Shown here piece by piece: positions 52,380 through 61,455 of a stretch of 64,000 nucleotides of DNA. The position numbers and the translations under genes are program-made. The stretch's first letter is position 1; each line of letters opens with the position of its first letter. Under the pieces are notes generated by a model that was given only the letters and a program-made list of their open reading frames with translations, was not told the DNA's origin and ran no database searches. Source of the stretch: Thermodesulfovibrionales bacterium (lineage in GTDB: Bacteria; Nitrospirota; Thermodesulfovibrionia; Thermodesulfovibrionales; SM23-35). The stretch is from the NCBI GenBank assembly GCA_963715195.1, contig CAVQRT010000030.1, forward strand, positions 224,001 through 288,000, in the 5' to 3' direction.

Positions 52380-52652
52380 ATGGCGTTGGGACAAAGAAAA
52401 TATGAGAGGGATATTGCTTCCCTAATCATTCGTTATTCCCTCCCTGCCTATATTTCCGGGAAAGTTTTGTCAGCTATGATGGAAGATTATAGTTTCTCAG
52501 GATTGCGCATGGTTACCGGATATCCCCTTGAAGAGGGACAGGAGATAGTAATAAATGGCGGGTTATTTGAAGATGCTCTACCCGCAATAGTTCGTTGGCA
52601 TAAAAATATAGGTGATACTACCTTTAAGGTAGGGTTAGAGTTCAAACGATAA
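52380..52652 (+). CDS. PilZ-like domain protein
   Basis: RKYER, DYSFSGL, VRW, GLEF. Confidence 0.7.
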   Translation: MALGQRKYERDIASLIIRYSLPAYISGKVLSAMMEDYSFSGLRMVTGYPLEEGQEIVINGGLFEDALPAIVRWHKNIGDTTFKVGLEFKR

Positions 52653-52681
52653 TAGGAGTGTAATTCTTACCTTTCTTTACA

Positions 52682-52876
52682 TTACCCCGGGCTCTTTGAA
52701 GGAATTTTTAAGTCTTTTCTCGCCTGTTCCTTCATAACCTCGTACTCCCTTTTCACTTCCTGTGGCAAGTCATCCCTTAAGTTCTGCAAGATGGTTGAGG
52801 GAAAATCAAGACCTACATCGGCCCATGCGTCCGAAACTCTCTTGTAGTTTTCCAAGATTTTCTTCTTGTTTTTCAT
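52682..52876 (-). CDS. Small hypothetical protein
   Basis: RBS AAGGGGG; 64 aa, helical-looking. Confidence 0.55.
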   Translation of the reverse strand: MKNKKKILENYKRVSDAWADVGLDFPSTILQNLRDDLPQEVKREYEVMKEQARKDLKIPSKSPG

Positions 52877-52981
52877 AAAACCCCCTTGCTTGTTTCTTCA
52901 TAACACCTTGTAATCCTTTTGTCAAGAATATCGAGAATTTGGCAGTGGATATGTCGTACAATGGTTCATGAGAGAACTTGC

Positions 52982-53122
52982 ATGACAGAGAAAGTCGCAG
53001 TCAAAGAAGATGCTTCAGACATAGATACCGCTAAAATATGGTGCCCCGAAAGAGGGAACTTCCAGTATGTCAAAGCCTGTGATGCTGACTGCAAAAAGAA
53101 AGACAGGTGCAGGTGCCACTGA
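52982..53122 (+). CDS. Small Cys-rich hypothetical protein
   Basis: WCPERG..ACDADCKKKDRCRCH. Confidence 0.4.
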   Translation: MTEKVAVKEDASDIDTAKIWCPERGNFQYVKACDADCKKKDRCRCH

Positions 53123-53185
53123 TAGAAGAGCTTGAGCGTATGGTATCGGAAAAACGTTTATATGGATGAAAAAGGATCTTAATCC

Positions 53186-53875
53186 ATGTTTCTGAAGGTC
53201 GGCCATCGTGGAGCCAAGGCTTACGAGATTGAGAATACTCTCGAAAGCTTCATCAAGGCAATCGAACTGGGTGCGAATGCCATCGAATTTGATGTTCGAA
53301 TATCCCAAGACGCTCAATTAATTATCAGCCACGATGATAATCTGAAAAAGGTCTTCAAGAAAGACGTTCGCATAAACGAGGCAACGCTAAAAGAACTGAA
53401 GCATATGACCGAAAACAGGATTGTTACCCTTGCGGAAGCATTACGCTTTATCGGCAAAAAAGCTGAAAAAATACTGATTGAATTAAAAGAGGCTGGTTAC
53501 GAAAACAAGGTTTTGGATGTGATCAGGAAAGAGAAACTGGAAGACAGGGTCATCATCGTCTCTTTCCACGAAGAAACGCTTGCTCATGTCAGGACCATCG
53601 ACAAGAAAATCGAAACCGGCCTCATTTATACGAAATTCAAGAATCCCATCGGCACAGCCTTAAAGCTGAATGCCCAGTATCTCGTTCCTCTTTACAGATT
53701 TTTTCACAGGAGAGATATAGCAAAGGCACACAAGAGCAATCTGAAGGTAATCGTCTGGACGATTAATACAACAATAGAAGCCCAAAACTACATTGCAAAA
53801 GATGTTGATGGTATAGCCACCGACAAACCGGACATTTTTCGCGGGATAATGCACGTCACACATGACAGGATTTAA
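53186..53875 (+). CDS. Glycerophosphodiester phosphodiesterase
   Basis: GHRGA, ENT, IEFDV, SHD, IELK, WTIN, TDKP. Confidence 0.92.
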   Translation: MFLKVGHRGAKAYEIENTLESFIKAIELGANAIEFDVRISQDAQLIISHDDNLKKVFKKDVRINEATLKELKHMTENRIVTLAEALRFIGKKAEKILIELKEAGYENKVLDVIRKEKLEDRVIIVSFHEETLAHVRTIDKKIETGLIYTKFKNPIGTALKLNAQYLVPLYRFFHRRDIAKAHKSNLKVIVWTINTTIEAQNYIAKDVDGIATDKPDIFRGIMHVTHDRI

Positions 53876-53969
53876 TCTGACGAACAATATCATCGTCTGT
53901 TAATTACTATTTGTACTGTTGCTCTCAGATAATTATCTTAATGGAGTTGGGGAAGTACATTGCCCCAGA

Positions 53970-54180
53970 TTAGCGGTTGCGCGTGTTCGCCATAGCGGTT
54001 GCAGATACGGCATCCAGATATGCCTGTCGCTCGAAATGATTATAACGGTGCGGGTCCCGGCCGCACAAAAACTGCGCAAGACTTGAACCAATATACAGCG
54101 GGATGAAAAGCATACCCCAGCGCTCATACTGACACACGTGTGCGTGCTCGTGTAAACGATTGGGTTCGAGAACAATATGA
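53970..54180 (-). pseudogene. C-terminal remnant of HExxH zincin-like protein
   Basis: Hand translation HIVL..RLHEHAHVCQYERWGMLFIPLY..GRDPHRYNHFERQAY; no start. Confidence 0.55.
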
Positions 54181-54573
54181 TTCCGGGCAAGTTTTTGGAA
54201 AAAAACTCCTTAATCCGCAAGAAATAATAATAGATTCAACGAGCTCATCGGAACGAGAGAAACATATCTTATCAGTGCTGAGAGAAATTCGTGATGATGC
54301 AGCGTTCAAAAAAAGATGGGAATTACTCTGGTCCTGGAGTCACCTCAAAAATCAACATGATCGGAGCATGTTTTTTAAAGTTCAATCATTCCTAAGGAAT
54401 AAAGTTGCTCAGGGGAAACGGAAGCAATTTGATAATATCAACTCTTTGATGTGATTTAAATATCTCGCATCGCCCGCTTGATAAAAACATCCAACCACCC
54501 ATCATGAAAAAGGTATATTGCGGTATCAAAAAATAATTTTTTTGCCACAACATCTGCTCTTTTTTATAATCCC

Positions 54574-54627
54574 GTAACCAAAATTTAATCTGCCTTTAAT
54601 ATTCCTGTAACATTTCTCCATTAAAGT
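54574..54627 (+). promoter_or_regulatory. PHO-box-like promoter (porin)
   Basis: GTAAC/TTAAT/TTAAT/GTAAC at 54574/85/96/607; TAAAGT +15. Confidence 0.75.
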
Positions 54628-54716
54628 AAGAGCGGTTTTTGAGCAGCAGGAGGGTGAAAACAAGCTTGCAATCGTCTGCTTGTTACCAATCAAAACAACG
54701 TTAAAGGAGGAAAGGT

Positions 54717-55929
54717 ATGAAGAAGAAGGTAGTGGCAATCGTTGTCAGCCTTTGTTGCCTCGATGTTCCTCGCCGGAACGTCCATCGCAGCAGAGGATAT
54801 CACCGACCCGATTCTGAAAAAGCTGGTCGAGAAAGGTGTCCTCACAAAGGAAGAAGCAATCTCGGTAACCGATGAGATTAAGGTGGAAGCAAAAGCAAAA
54901 GAGAAAAAGGCTGAAGAGAAAAAAGCGAAGTGGGAAGGCAGTTTCAGGATGCGCCATGATTCACAGTGGTATGATGAACCTGAAAAGGCCGACAGGCACA
55001 GGGAAAGGATACAGGGACGTTTCGGATTTACCTATGATATCAACGAACTGACCCAGGTTGGATTCACACTCGGCACCGGAGAAAAACAGGACCAGGTTAC
55101 CCTGAATCAGTCTTTAGGCGATATCTTTGAACTCAAGAATGTCTGGCTCGATGCAGCCTACGTCAGACATAATTTCTTCGATAAAAAGCTCCAGGTTTAT
55201 ATGGGAAAGTTTAAAAATCCGTTCACCCCTCATACCTGGATTGTTTTTGATTCTGATCTTCGCCCGGAAGGGGTAGCTATTCAGGCACAGCATGAAGTCG
55301 GCAAGCCTACCCTTTTCCTGAATGCAGGGGCATTCCCACTCGATGAGATCAGCGGTGATTCTTCTGACCCCTGGCTTCTCGGAATTCAGGGTGGTATAAA
55401 ATATGAGCAGAAGGATAAATTCAACATCGCGGTCGGACTTGCCCACTATAACTACTCCAATGTCGATCTCGTCTCTGCAGACGACAATAAATACTACGGG
55501 AATACAATCAGTGATTTCCGGCTCTACAACGCAACAGCCAGCGTTGCACTGTATCTGCCGCTCTATGTCGGCTTGACCGCTGATTACATCTACAACACTG
55601 CAGCGGATGACGACAGTGACGGATATCTGTTTGGCATTACCGCGGGAAACAAAAAAGTGGAGAATTTTAAGGACTGGCAGGTATTTACTACCTACAGCAG
55701 AGTGGAAAGCGATGCAACATATGACGAATTTTCCGATTCGGATTTCCGCAGCGGCGGGACAAACAATAAGGGCTGGACATTCGGATACCGGTTCGGACTC
55801 GGAAAGGGATGGGCGCACGCACTCAAGTATTACATTACCGAAAATGTGAGCTCACAAATCCCCAGTGACAAGAGATCAACAGAGGAGAACAGAATCCAGA
55901 TAGATCTCACCTATGCATTCAAATTCTAA
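54717..55929 (+). CDS. Putative outer-membrane porin; frameshift in signal peptide
   Basis: ILKKLVEKGVLT.EEA, R.R..FG, GKFKNPF, DSDLRPEG, GGTN.KG, C-term F; RBS-led ATG 54717 is out of frame with the ORF from 54742. Confidence 0.8.
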
Positions 55930-55974
55930 GTCAGTCGCTCTTTAACGCCAGATAAGGAGCACTGTTAACCCCTC

Positions 55975-56007
55975 TGCCCTCCCACCCCCGGGAGGGCATA
56001 TTTTTTT
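55975..56007 (+). terminator. Intrinsic terminator after porin
   Basis: TGCCCTCCC..GGGAGGGCA then T run. Confidence 0.75.
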
Positions 56008-56052
56008 GTGGTACGTGACTGATATTATGTATACAGATTTTTCCCTATTGAA

Positions 56053-56141
56053 TGCCATCCCCGCTTGTCGGGAATTTTTTTGATACTCTGTTCGAAATGG
56101 GAGTTGCTCTGAAGAAAGATTCCGGCCAAGCCGAAATGACA
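56053..56141 (-). repeat. REP-like element
   Basis: Reverse complement TGTCATTTCGGCTTGGCCGGAATCT..TTCCCGACAAGCGGGGATGGCA; matches 62110 copy. Confidence 0.75.
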
Positions 56142-56183
56142 AGTTTGAAGCTATTTGCAGAATAATAATAAGACTATGTACCA

Positions 56184-57416
56184 ATGAAACAACCGTTCCT
56201 CTGGGGTGTCGCGACTTCGGCCTTTCAGCTCGAGGGTTCGCCCCATGCTGATTGGGCTTCGTGGGATTCCATCCTGAGCTCAGCGCCAGAGGTGACTAAC
56301 CACTACGCCCTTTACAAAAAAGACCTCCGGCTCCTCAAGGACCTTGGAGTCAACGCCTACCGCTTCTCGGTCGAATGGAGCCGGATTCAGCCGAAAGAGA
56401 ACCTATGGGATGAAGAGGCCATCTCCCACTATCAGGAGATTATTGACATACTGAGAGAGAGCAATATTGAACCGATGGTAACCATCCACCATTTCACCCA
56501 CCCGCTGTGGTTCATCAAAAAATATCCCTGGCATGAATCGCGGTCGGTTGAGAAATTTATGGCCTTCGCCAGAAAAGTCTTCTCGTCAATCAGCGGGGTG
56601 AAGTACTGGATAACGTTTAACGAACCATATGTGCTGATACTGGGCGGGTACCTTGAAGGGTGCATGCCGCCGGGGATAACCGACATCTCCCTTGCAGTCA
56701 GAGCGATGGAGAATATCCTGATTTGTCATGGCAAAACCTATGACATGATCCACGAAACAATGCCCTCAGCACTGGTGAGCGTTGCGCATAATATGGCTGC
56801 CCTTGCACCATGGAAGAGATGGAACCCGCTGGACAGGCTTCTTGCAAAAATTGCGAAGTACTTCTATAACCATTCACTGCTCGACGCCTTCCTGACCGGC
56901 ACGCTTCGCGTGAAATTCCCCTTTGGAAGAGCGGTTCACCTTTCTGTGCCGGTACGAAACAAACTCGATTTCTTCGGTGTCAATTATTACACGAGAGTGC
57001 ACATGCGGTTTAACCCCTTCAGGAAAATGGCTGTTGAACTGAGGCACAGGGATATCGACGGCCATGGTCTCACAGACATGGGATGGGAAATCCATCCGCA
57101 CGGGCTTGAGAAAGTGCTGAATTATGCCTCGACGCTGAATGTCCCGATCATCATCACAGAAAACGGCATTGCAACACATAATGACCGTGCGAGGATCAAA
57201 TTTATGAAGGGACACATTGATGTCCTCGAGCGGTGCTTAAAGAAGGGCGCCGATGTCCGGGGCTATTTTTACTGGTCCCTCATCGATAACTACGAATGGC
57301 TTCAGGGGCTCGACGCCCGTTTCGGCCTCTACAACGTTGATTTCAACACCATGGAGCGCACACCCACCAAGGCAGCATTGTACTATTCATACCTGATTAA
57401 AAGCAGAGGATTTTAA
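56184..57416 (+). CDS. Glycoside hydrolase family 1
   Basis: FLWGVATSAFQLEG, YRFSVEWSRI, TFNEP, ITENG, DNYEW; no signal peptide. Confidence 0.93.
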   Translation: MKQPFLWGVATSAFQLEGSPHADWASWDSILSSAPEVTNHYALYKKDLRLLKDLGVNAYRFSVEWSRIQPKENLWDEEAISHYQEIIDILRESNIEPMVTIHHFTHPLWFIKKYPWHESRSVEKFMAFARKVFSSISGVKYWITFNEPYVLILGGYLEGCMPPGITDISLAVRAMENILICHGKTYDMIHETMPSALVSVAHNMAALAPWKRWNPLDRLLAKIAKYFYNHSLLDAFLTGTLRVKFPFGRAVHLSVPVRNKLDFFGVNYYTRVHMRFNPFRKMAVELRHRDIDGHGLTDMGWEIHPHGLEKVLNYASTLNVPIIITENGIATHNDRARIKFMKGHIDVLERCLKKGADVRGYFYWSLIDNYEWLQGLDARFGLYNVDFNTMERTPTKAALYYSYLIKSRGF

Positions 57417-57466
57417 CCAAAAATTCATCGTCGTTTCACACTCCTGTAATTAAAAATACTTATTAT
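57413..57466 (+). promoter_or_regulatory. PHO-box-like promoter (PHP-glucosyltransferase; leaderless)
   Basis: TTAAC/TTCAT/TTCAC/GTAAT at 57413/24/35/46; TATTAT +15; ATG 7 nt later. Confidence 0.75.
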
Positions 57467-57473
57467 TCTATTA

Positions 57474-58166
57474 ATGTTATTGTGTGATTTTCATATTCAC
57501 ACAAAGTACTCTGATGGATCGGTAGAGTTACAGAGAACCGTTGATCTCTTCGGCCAGGCCGGCTTTGATGTCATTGCCATAACTGACCATGTAGTCAACG
57601 GCGACAGTTCATTCGGGAAATTGGCCCACCGTTTCAGGTTTACCATCAATGAGAAAAACTTCCATGCCTACATGGCACATATCAGAGAGGAGGCTGATCG
57701 GGCCTGGGACAAATACCGAATGCTCATTATACCGGGAGTCGAGATCAGCAAGAATTACATCTCATCTGAAAAATCGGCACATATCCTGCTCATCGATATC
57801 AAGGAATTCATCCCCGCATGCTGGAGCTACGAGAAGATATTCCTTGAGGCAAAGGCACAGGATGCCATCATTGTGGCCTGCCACCCGCATCACAGTTCCG
57901 AAATCACAACACGGGATACCCTGTTTCTCTGGAAGAACCGCGACAAATACGCCAAATACATTGATGCGTGGGAAATCGCAAACAGGGATGACGTATTCAA
58001 CGTTATCAGCCTGAAGAAATATCCCTATATCGCAAACAGTGATTTCCACAGGGCAAGGCATATCTATTCGTGGAAGACAATGCTGAACTGCGAAAAGAAT
58101 GTTGACTCGGTCAAGAACTGCATTCGGCACAACAAAGGGGTTGCTATAACGTTGTTTAGGAACTAA
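57474..58166 (+). CDS. PHP-domain phosphoesterase
   Basis: DFHIHT..SDG, ITDH, PGVE, CHP, NSDFH. Confidence 0.88.
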   Translation: MLLCDFHIHTKYSDGSVELQRTVDLFGQAGFDVIAITDHVVNGDSSFGKLAHRFRFTINEKNFHAYMAHIREEADRAWDKYRMLIIPGVEISKNYISSEKSAHILLIDIKEFIPACWSYEKIFLEAKAQDAIIVACHPHHSSEITTRDTLFLWKNRDKYAKYIDAWEIANRDDVFNVISLKKYPYIANSDFHRARHIYSWKTMLNCEKNVDSVKNCIRHNKGVAITLFRN

Positions 58167-58179
58167 AAAAGGAGAGACG

Positions 58180-59445
58180 ATGGAACTGGTATACATATTT
58201 TTTGGCATCACCGTAGTAGGACTCACCGCCTACGGGTTGCAGATTTGGGCAATACGGAAAACCCTGTGCGAGAACGAGGTGCCGGCGGGGAAAGGCGCTG
58301 CGCGCGGATTCTGCCCGCCCATTTCAGTCTTGAAACCGCTGAAGGGGCTCGATGACAACCTGTTCGACAACCTTGAAAGCATATGCCTGCAGGATTATCC
58401 GGAATATGAAGTTATCTTTTCCCTGCAGGATTACAACGACCCAGCGTACAAAGTAGTCAGGAAGATTAGGGATAAATACCCGGACAAAAATATCACTATA
58501 CTGGTTGAGCGCTGCGAAGTTGGTCTCAACCCAAAGGTCAACAATCTCATCCCGGCATACCGGATAGCCAAATACGAACACGTCCTCATCAGTGACAGTA
58601 ATGTATTCGTTAACCGAGACTATCTGCAATCTATCGTCAAGCTCATGTCTGACCCGGTTGTCGGTCTCGTCAGCAACATCATACGGGGAAGTGGCGGGCG
58701 TTCCCTCGGATCGATCTTCGAGAACCTCCATCTTAATTCCTTCGTACTGGGAAGCGTCTGCTTCCTGGACAGATTTCTTAAGATGCCCTGCGTTGTCGGA
58801 AAATCGATGCTTATGAAGAAAACCGACCTCGACGCGATAGGCGGGCTGAAAGCGTTCAAGGATGTGCTTGCAGAAGATTATATGATCGGGAAAAAGATGC
58901 AGCAACAGCGGAAGACCGTCATTCTGTCGAGTCACGTCATTCAGAACATCAATGAATACTGGGGGGTCAGAAGATTTCTCAACAGGCATACGCGGTGGGG
59001 AAAACTCAGGTGGAGAATCGGCGGGGTATCTTACTTCTCCGAACTGATAGGGAATCCGGTGTTCATGTCTTTTTTCCCCCTCGTTCTCTGTGGGCCCTCA
59101 GGAATGACCATGTCGTTCGTTCTGATCGTGAGTACCCTTAAAATCCTTGGTGATATGGTGATAGGGAGTGCATTAGCGAGTACAGATGCAGGGAGCAGTT
59201 CCTCAGGCAAAGAGAGCACGCCGTCTTCTTTTCTATCTGTGCATTCATTGTGGTATGTCCTTGCTCCGGTCAAGGATCTACTCATTGGCCTCGTGTGGTT
59301 CGTTCCCCTTATCAGCAATACCGTAGTTTGGCGGGGAAACCGCTACATCATCGGCAAGGATTCCCTGTTGTCACCATGTCCTGAAGTTGGCCTCTGGTCT
59401 TGGAGATACAGACTTGCCGACGCTATCAAAACCCGACTTGCCTGA
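58180..59445 (+). CDS. Ceramide-glucosyltransferase-like GT (GT21/HpnI-like)
   Basis: N-term TM, KPLKG, NPKVNNL, ISDSN, LAEDY, RHTRW, VVWRG. Confidence 0.85.
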   Translation: MELVYIFFGITVVGLTAYGLQIWAIRKTLCENEVPAGKGAARGFCPPISVLKPLKGLDDNLFDNLESICLQDYPEYEVIFSLQDYNDPAYKVVRKIRDKYPDKNITILVERCEVGLNPKVNNLIPAYRIAKYEHVLISDSNVFVNRDYLQSIVKLMSDPVVGLVSNIIRGSGGRSLGSIFENLHLNSFVLGSVCFLDRFLKMPCVVGKSMLMKKTDLDAIGGLKAFKDVLAEDYMIGKKMQQQRKTVILSSHVIQNINEYWGVRRFLNRHTRWGKLRWRIGGVSYFSELIGNPVFMSFFPLVLCGPSGMTMSFVLIVSTLKILGDMVIGSALASTDAGSSSSGKESTPSSFLSVHSLWYVLAPVKDLLIGLVWFVPLISNTVVWRGNRYIIGKDSLLSPCPEVGLWSWRYRLADAIKTRLA

Positions 59446-59446
59446 A

Positions 59447-59500
59447 TTAATCAAATCGTAAAATTCATTTCATATTCTCGTAACGCACCCCTGATATTGT
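59447..59500 (+). promoter_or_regulatory. PHO-box-like promoter (phoA stub)
   Basis: TTAAT/GTAAA/TTCAT/GTAAC at 59447/58/69/80; TATTGT +15. Confidence 0.75.
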
Positions 59501-59686
59501 AAAAACGATTACGTTTCAACTCACTTAAATCATTAGTGCAAATGATCAAGCTGTTTCAATAAAGAAAGGAAAGGGGGTGGGAAATAACACGACTGGATCG
59601 TATAAACACCCAGAAGCAAAAGAGCGTGAAAGTTCATCTGACCTTTGGTCAGCAGAGAAAAGACAGAAGAAGAAGGAGAGAAAAAA

Positions 59687-59983
59687 ATGAGAAAAAGTTT
59701 TCAACCGTTGATAACCGCAGTGAGTATTGTGCTGATAGTATCTTTCCTCATACCGGTCATTGCACTTGCTGATGAATCCTGCAATGCGATTGGCAGAGCC
59801 AAAAATATCATATTTATGGTGCCCGATGGAATGGGGCTTTCAAATGTGACAGCAGCCAGGATATTCAATGACGGGCCGAACGGAGCCCCTCTCTATCTTG
59901 AAACATTACCACAGATCGGATACCAGAGAACCCATTCTGCTGACAGCACCGTGACAGACTCAGCCGCAGCAGCGTTAAAATAA
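59687..59983 (+). pseudogene. phoA: Truncated alkaline phosphatase
   Basis: Signal peptide, KNIIFMVPDGMG, VTDSAAAA (catalytic Ser), then stop. Confidence 0.85.
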
Positions 59984-60005
59984 GCGCGCATGAGTCGACT
60001 CGACA

Positions 60006-60035
60006 AGCATGAGGGGGTGACCCCTCATGCTTTTT
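60006..60035 (+). terminator. Intrinsic terminator
   Basis: AGCATGAGGGG-GTGA-CCCCTCATGCT then T run. Confidence 0.85.
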
Positions 60036-60068
60036 CTCATCCGATTCCCGATATTCATGGCGCAAAAT

Positions 60069-60111
60069 GTAACAGCTCTTTCATAATTACGTAACATTCA
60101 TTTGTTAGCCT
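60069..60111 (+). promoter_or_regulatory. PHO-box-like promoter (microprotein A)
   Basis: GTAAC/TTCAT/GTAAC at 60069/80/91; TAGCCT +15. Confidence 0.7.
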
Positions 60112-60130
60112 TATCGAAAGGAGGTGCTCA

Positions 60131-60325
60131 ATGAATATGACAACGATCAAGCCGCAGGGCTTCGTCAGGCACTCTGAAACATTCTGTCCGTTTGACGGCA
60201 ATACCACCTGTCTTGCTTCCCTGTCTTCCATGGCATTGGATAACAAGATAAGAGAAATCTGCTGCAGTACTGAACAATTTGATGATTGTCCCATATTCCT
60301 CGCAAAGGTTTTGCGGCGAAGCTAA
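60131..60325 (+). CDS. Small 4-Cys protein A
   Basis: RBS AAGGAGG; CPF..C.A..C....F..CPIF. Confidence 0.75.
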   Translation: MNMTTIKPQGFVRHSETFCPFDGNTTCLASLSSMALDNKIREICCSTEQFDDCPIFLAKVLRRS

Positions 60326-60346
60326 CGCCGCAGAACATACCATCCG

Positions 60347-60401
60347 GTAACCGAAATTTCACCGTCATGTAACATTTGTGTAACATATCGCGTGGTATGG
60401 T
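60347..60401 (+). promoter_or_regulatory. PHO-box-like promoter (microprotein B)
   Basis: GTAAC/TTCAC/GTAAC/GTAAC at 60347/58/69/80; TATGGT +16. Confidence 0.75.
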
Positions 60402-60421
60402 ATACACAGGGAGGTAATGGA

Positions 60422-60667
60422 ATGCTTTCTGATAAAGTCTTCACCACATGTCCGTATTTGACCGGCAGCACAGAAGGTGCAGTGTGCAGTGCAAAGGCTG
60501 TTCTCCTGAGAAATCTCGAAAATATCAATCCCGATATGTGCATCAGCAGACACTTTGAGATATGCAGGGTTTACATCGAAAAATTGCATGAAATCGATTT
60601 CCTGAATACCGGAATACATGGGAATCTCGCGGCACGCTGTAACAAAAATTTAACCGTAACTTCATGA
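60422..60667 (+). CDS. Small 4-Cys protein B
   Basis: RBS GGAGG; CPY..C.A..C....F..CRVY. Confidence 0.7.
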   Translation: MLSDKVFTTCPYLTGSTEGAVCSAKAVLLRNLENINPDMCISRHFEICRVYIEKLHEIDFLNTGIHGNLAARCNKNLTVTS

Positions 60668-60692
60668 AGGTGTAACACGGCTTCTCTATGAT
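60639..60692 (+). promoter_or_regulatory. PHO-box-like promoter (zinc-ribbon gene; leaderless)
   Basis: GTAAC/TTAAC/TTCAT/GTAAC at 60639/50/61/72; TATGAT +15; ATG 6 nt later. Confidence 0.75.
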
Positions 60693-60698
60693 GTCACT

Positions 60699-61022
60699 AT
60701 GGGGTCGCATAATGGTCCGCAGACCAAGGAGGTTAAATGCCCTTTTTGCAGTTCAGGTGCAGTCTACAAATATGGAAAGATCAAAAGCGGGAAACAGCGG
60801 TTTTACTGCATCATATGCGGGCGACAGTTTACCCATAATACGCGAAGAATTCTGTGTGACTTCAGACCGACATGCAGGAAGTGCGGAACCATGATGCACG
60901 TATATAAAAGAGAAAAGGATTTTACTCGATTCCGGTGTGCTCATTATCCGCAGTGTAAGGCCTATGTCAAAATCAAAATTCTAACGAAAAAGGAGAAAAT
61001 GAATGAGCTATTATCTCCATGA
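60699..61022 (+). CDS. Double zinc-ribbon protein (InsA-like N-terminal ribbon)
   Basis: CPFC.S..VYKYG..GKQRFYC..CGRQF, then CRKCG..RC..YP.C. Confidence 0.75.
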   Translation: MGSHNGPQTKEVKCPFCSSGAVYKYGKIKSGKQRFYCIICGRQFTHNTRRILCDFRPTCRKCGTMMHVYKREKDFTRFRCAHYPQCKAYVKIKILTKKEKMNELLSP

Positions 61023-61374
61023 TGTTCCTGGCCGTTTACGCATTAAGACGCCGTTCATTAAGGGCAATACTGCTCTCGCAAAACATGTGGAACGGTTCCT
61101 CGAACAGATTCACGGCATTAAGTCAATAACGACAAATCCGCTTACCGGTAGCATCATCATGACGTATGACGAGCGAAAAGTGACTTCAAAGATGCTGCTC
61201 GAAACTCTCAGGACCAGGGGTATTTTTAACCCCGCGAAGGCAGTTACCAATGACCAGTACATACATTCCAACGCATCCAGGGCAAGCCATATAATCTATA
61301 AGGCAGTCGTTGGGGCCTTTGTGGAAAAGGCTTTCGAAGGATCAGCGTTGTCCCTGCTCGCCGTGCTGCTTTAG
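61003..61374 (+). CDS. HMA2-like domain protein
   Basis: HDVPGRLRIK, GI....NPLTGS....YD. Confidence 0.75.
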   Translation: MSYYLHDVPGRLRIKTPFIKGNTALAKHVERFLEQIHGIKSITTNPLTGSIIMTYDERKVTSKMLLETLRTRGIFNPAKAVTNDQYIHSNASRASHIIYKAVVGAFVEKAFEGSALSLLAVLL

Positions 61375-61455
61375 CCGTTCCAGCCTTTTTCTCCTCTGAA
61401 TGTATCAAGTATACTATTCGCAGTAAGTCATTTGATGTGATACAAGGTTACAGAT

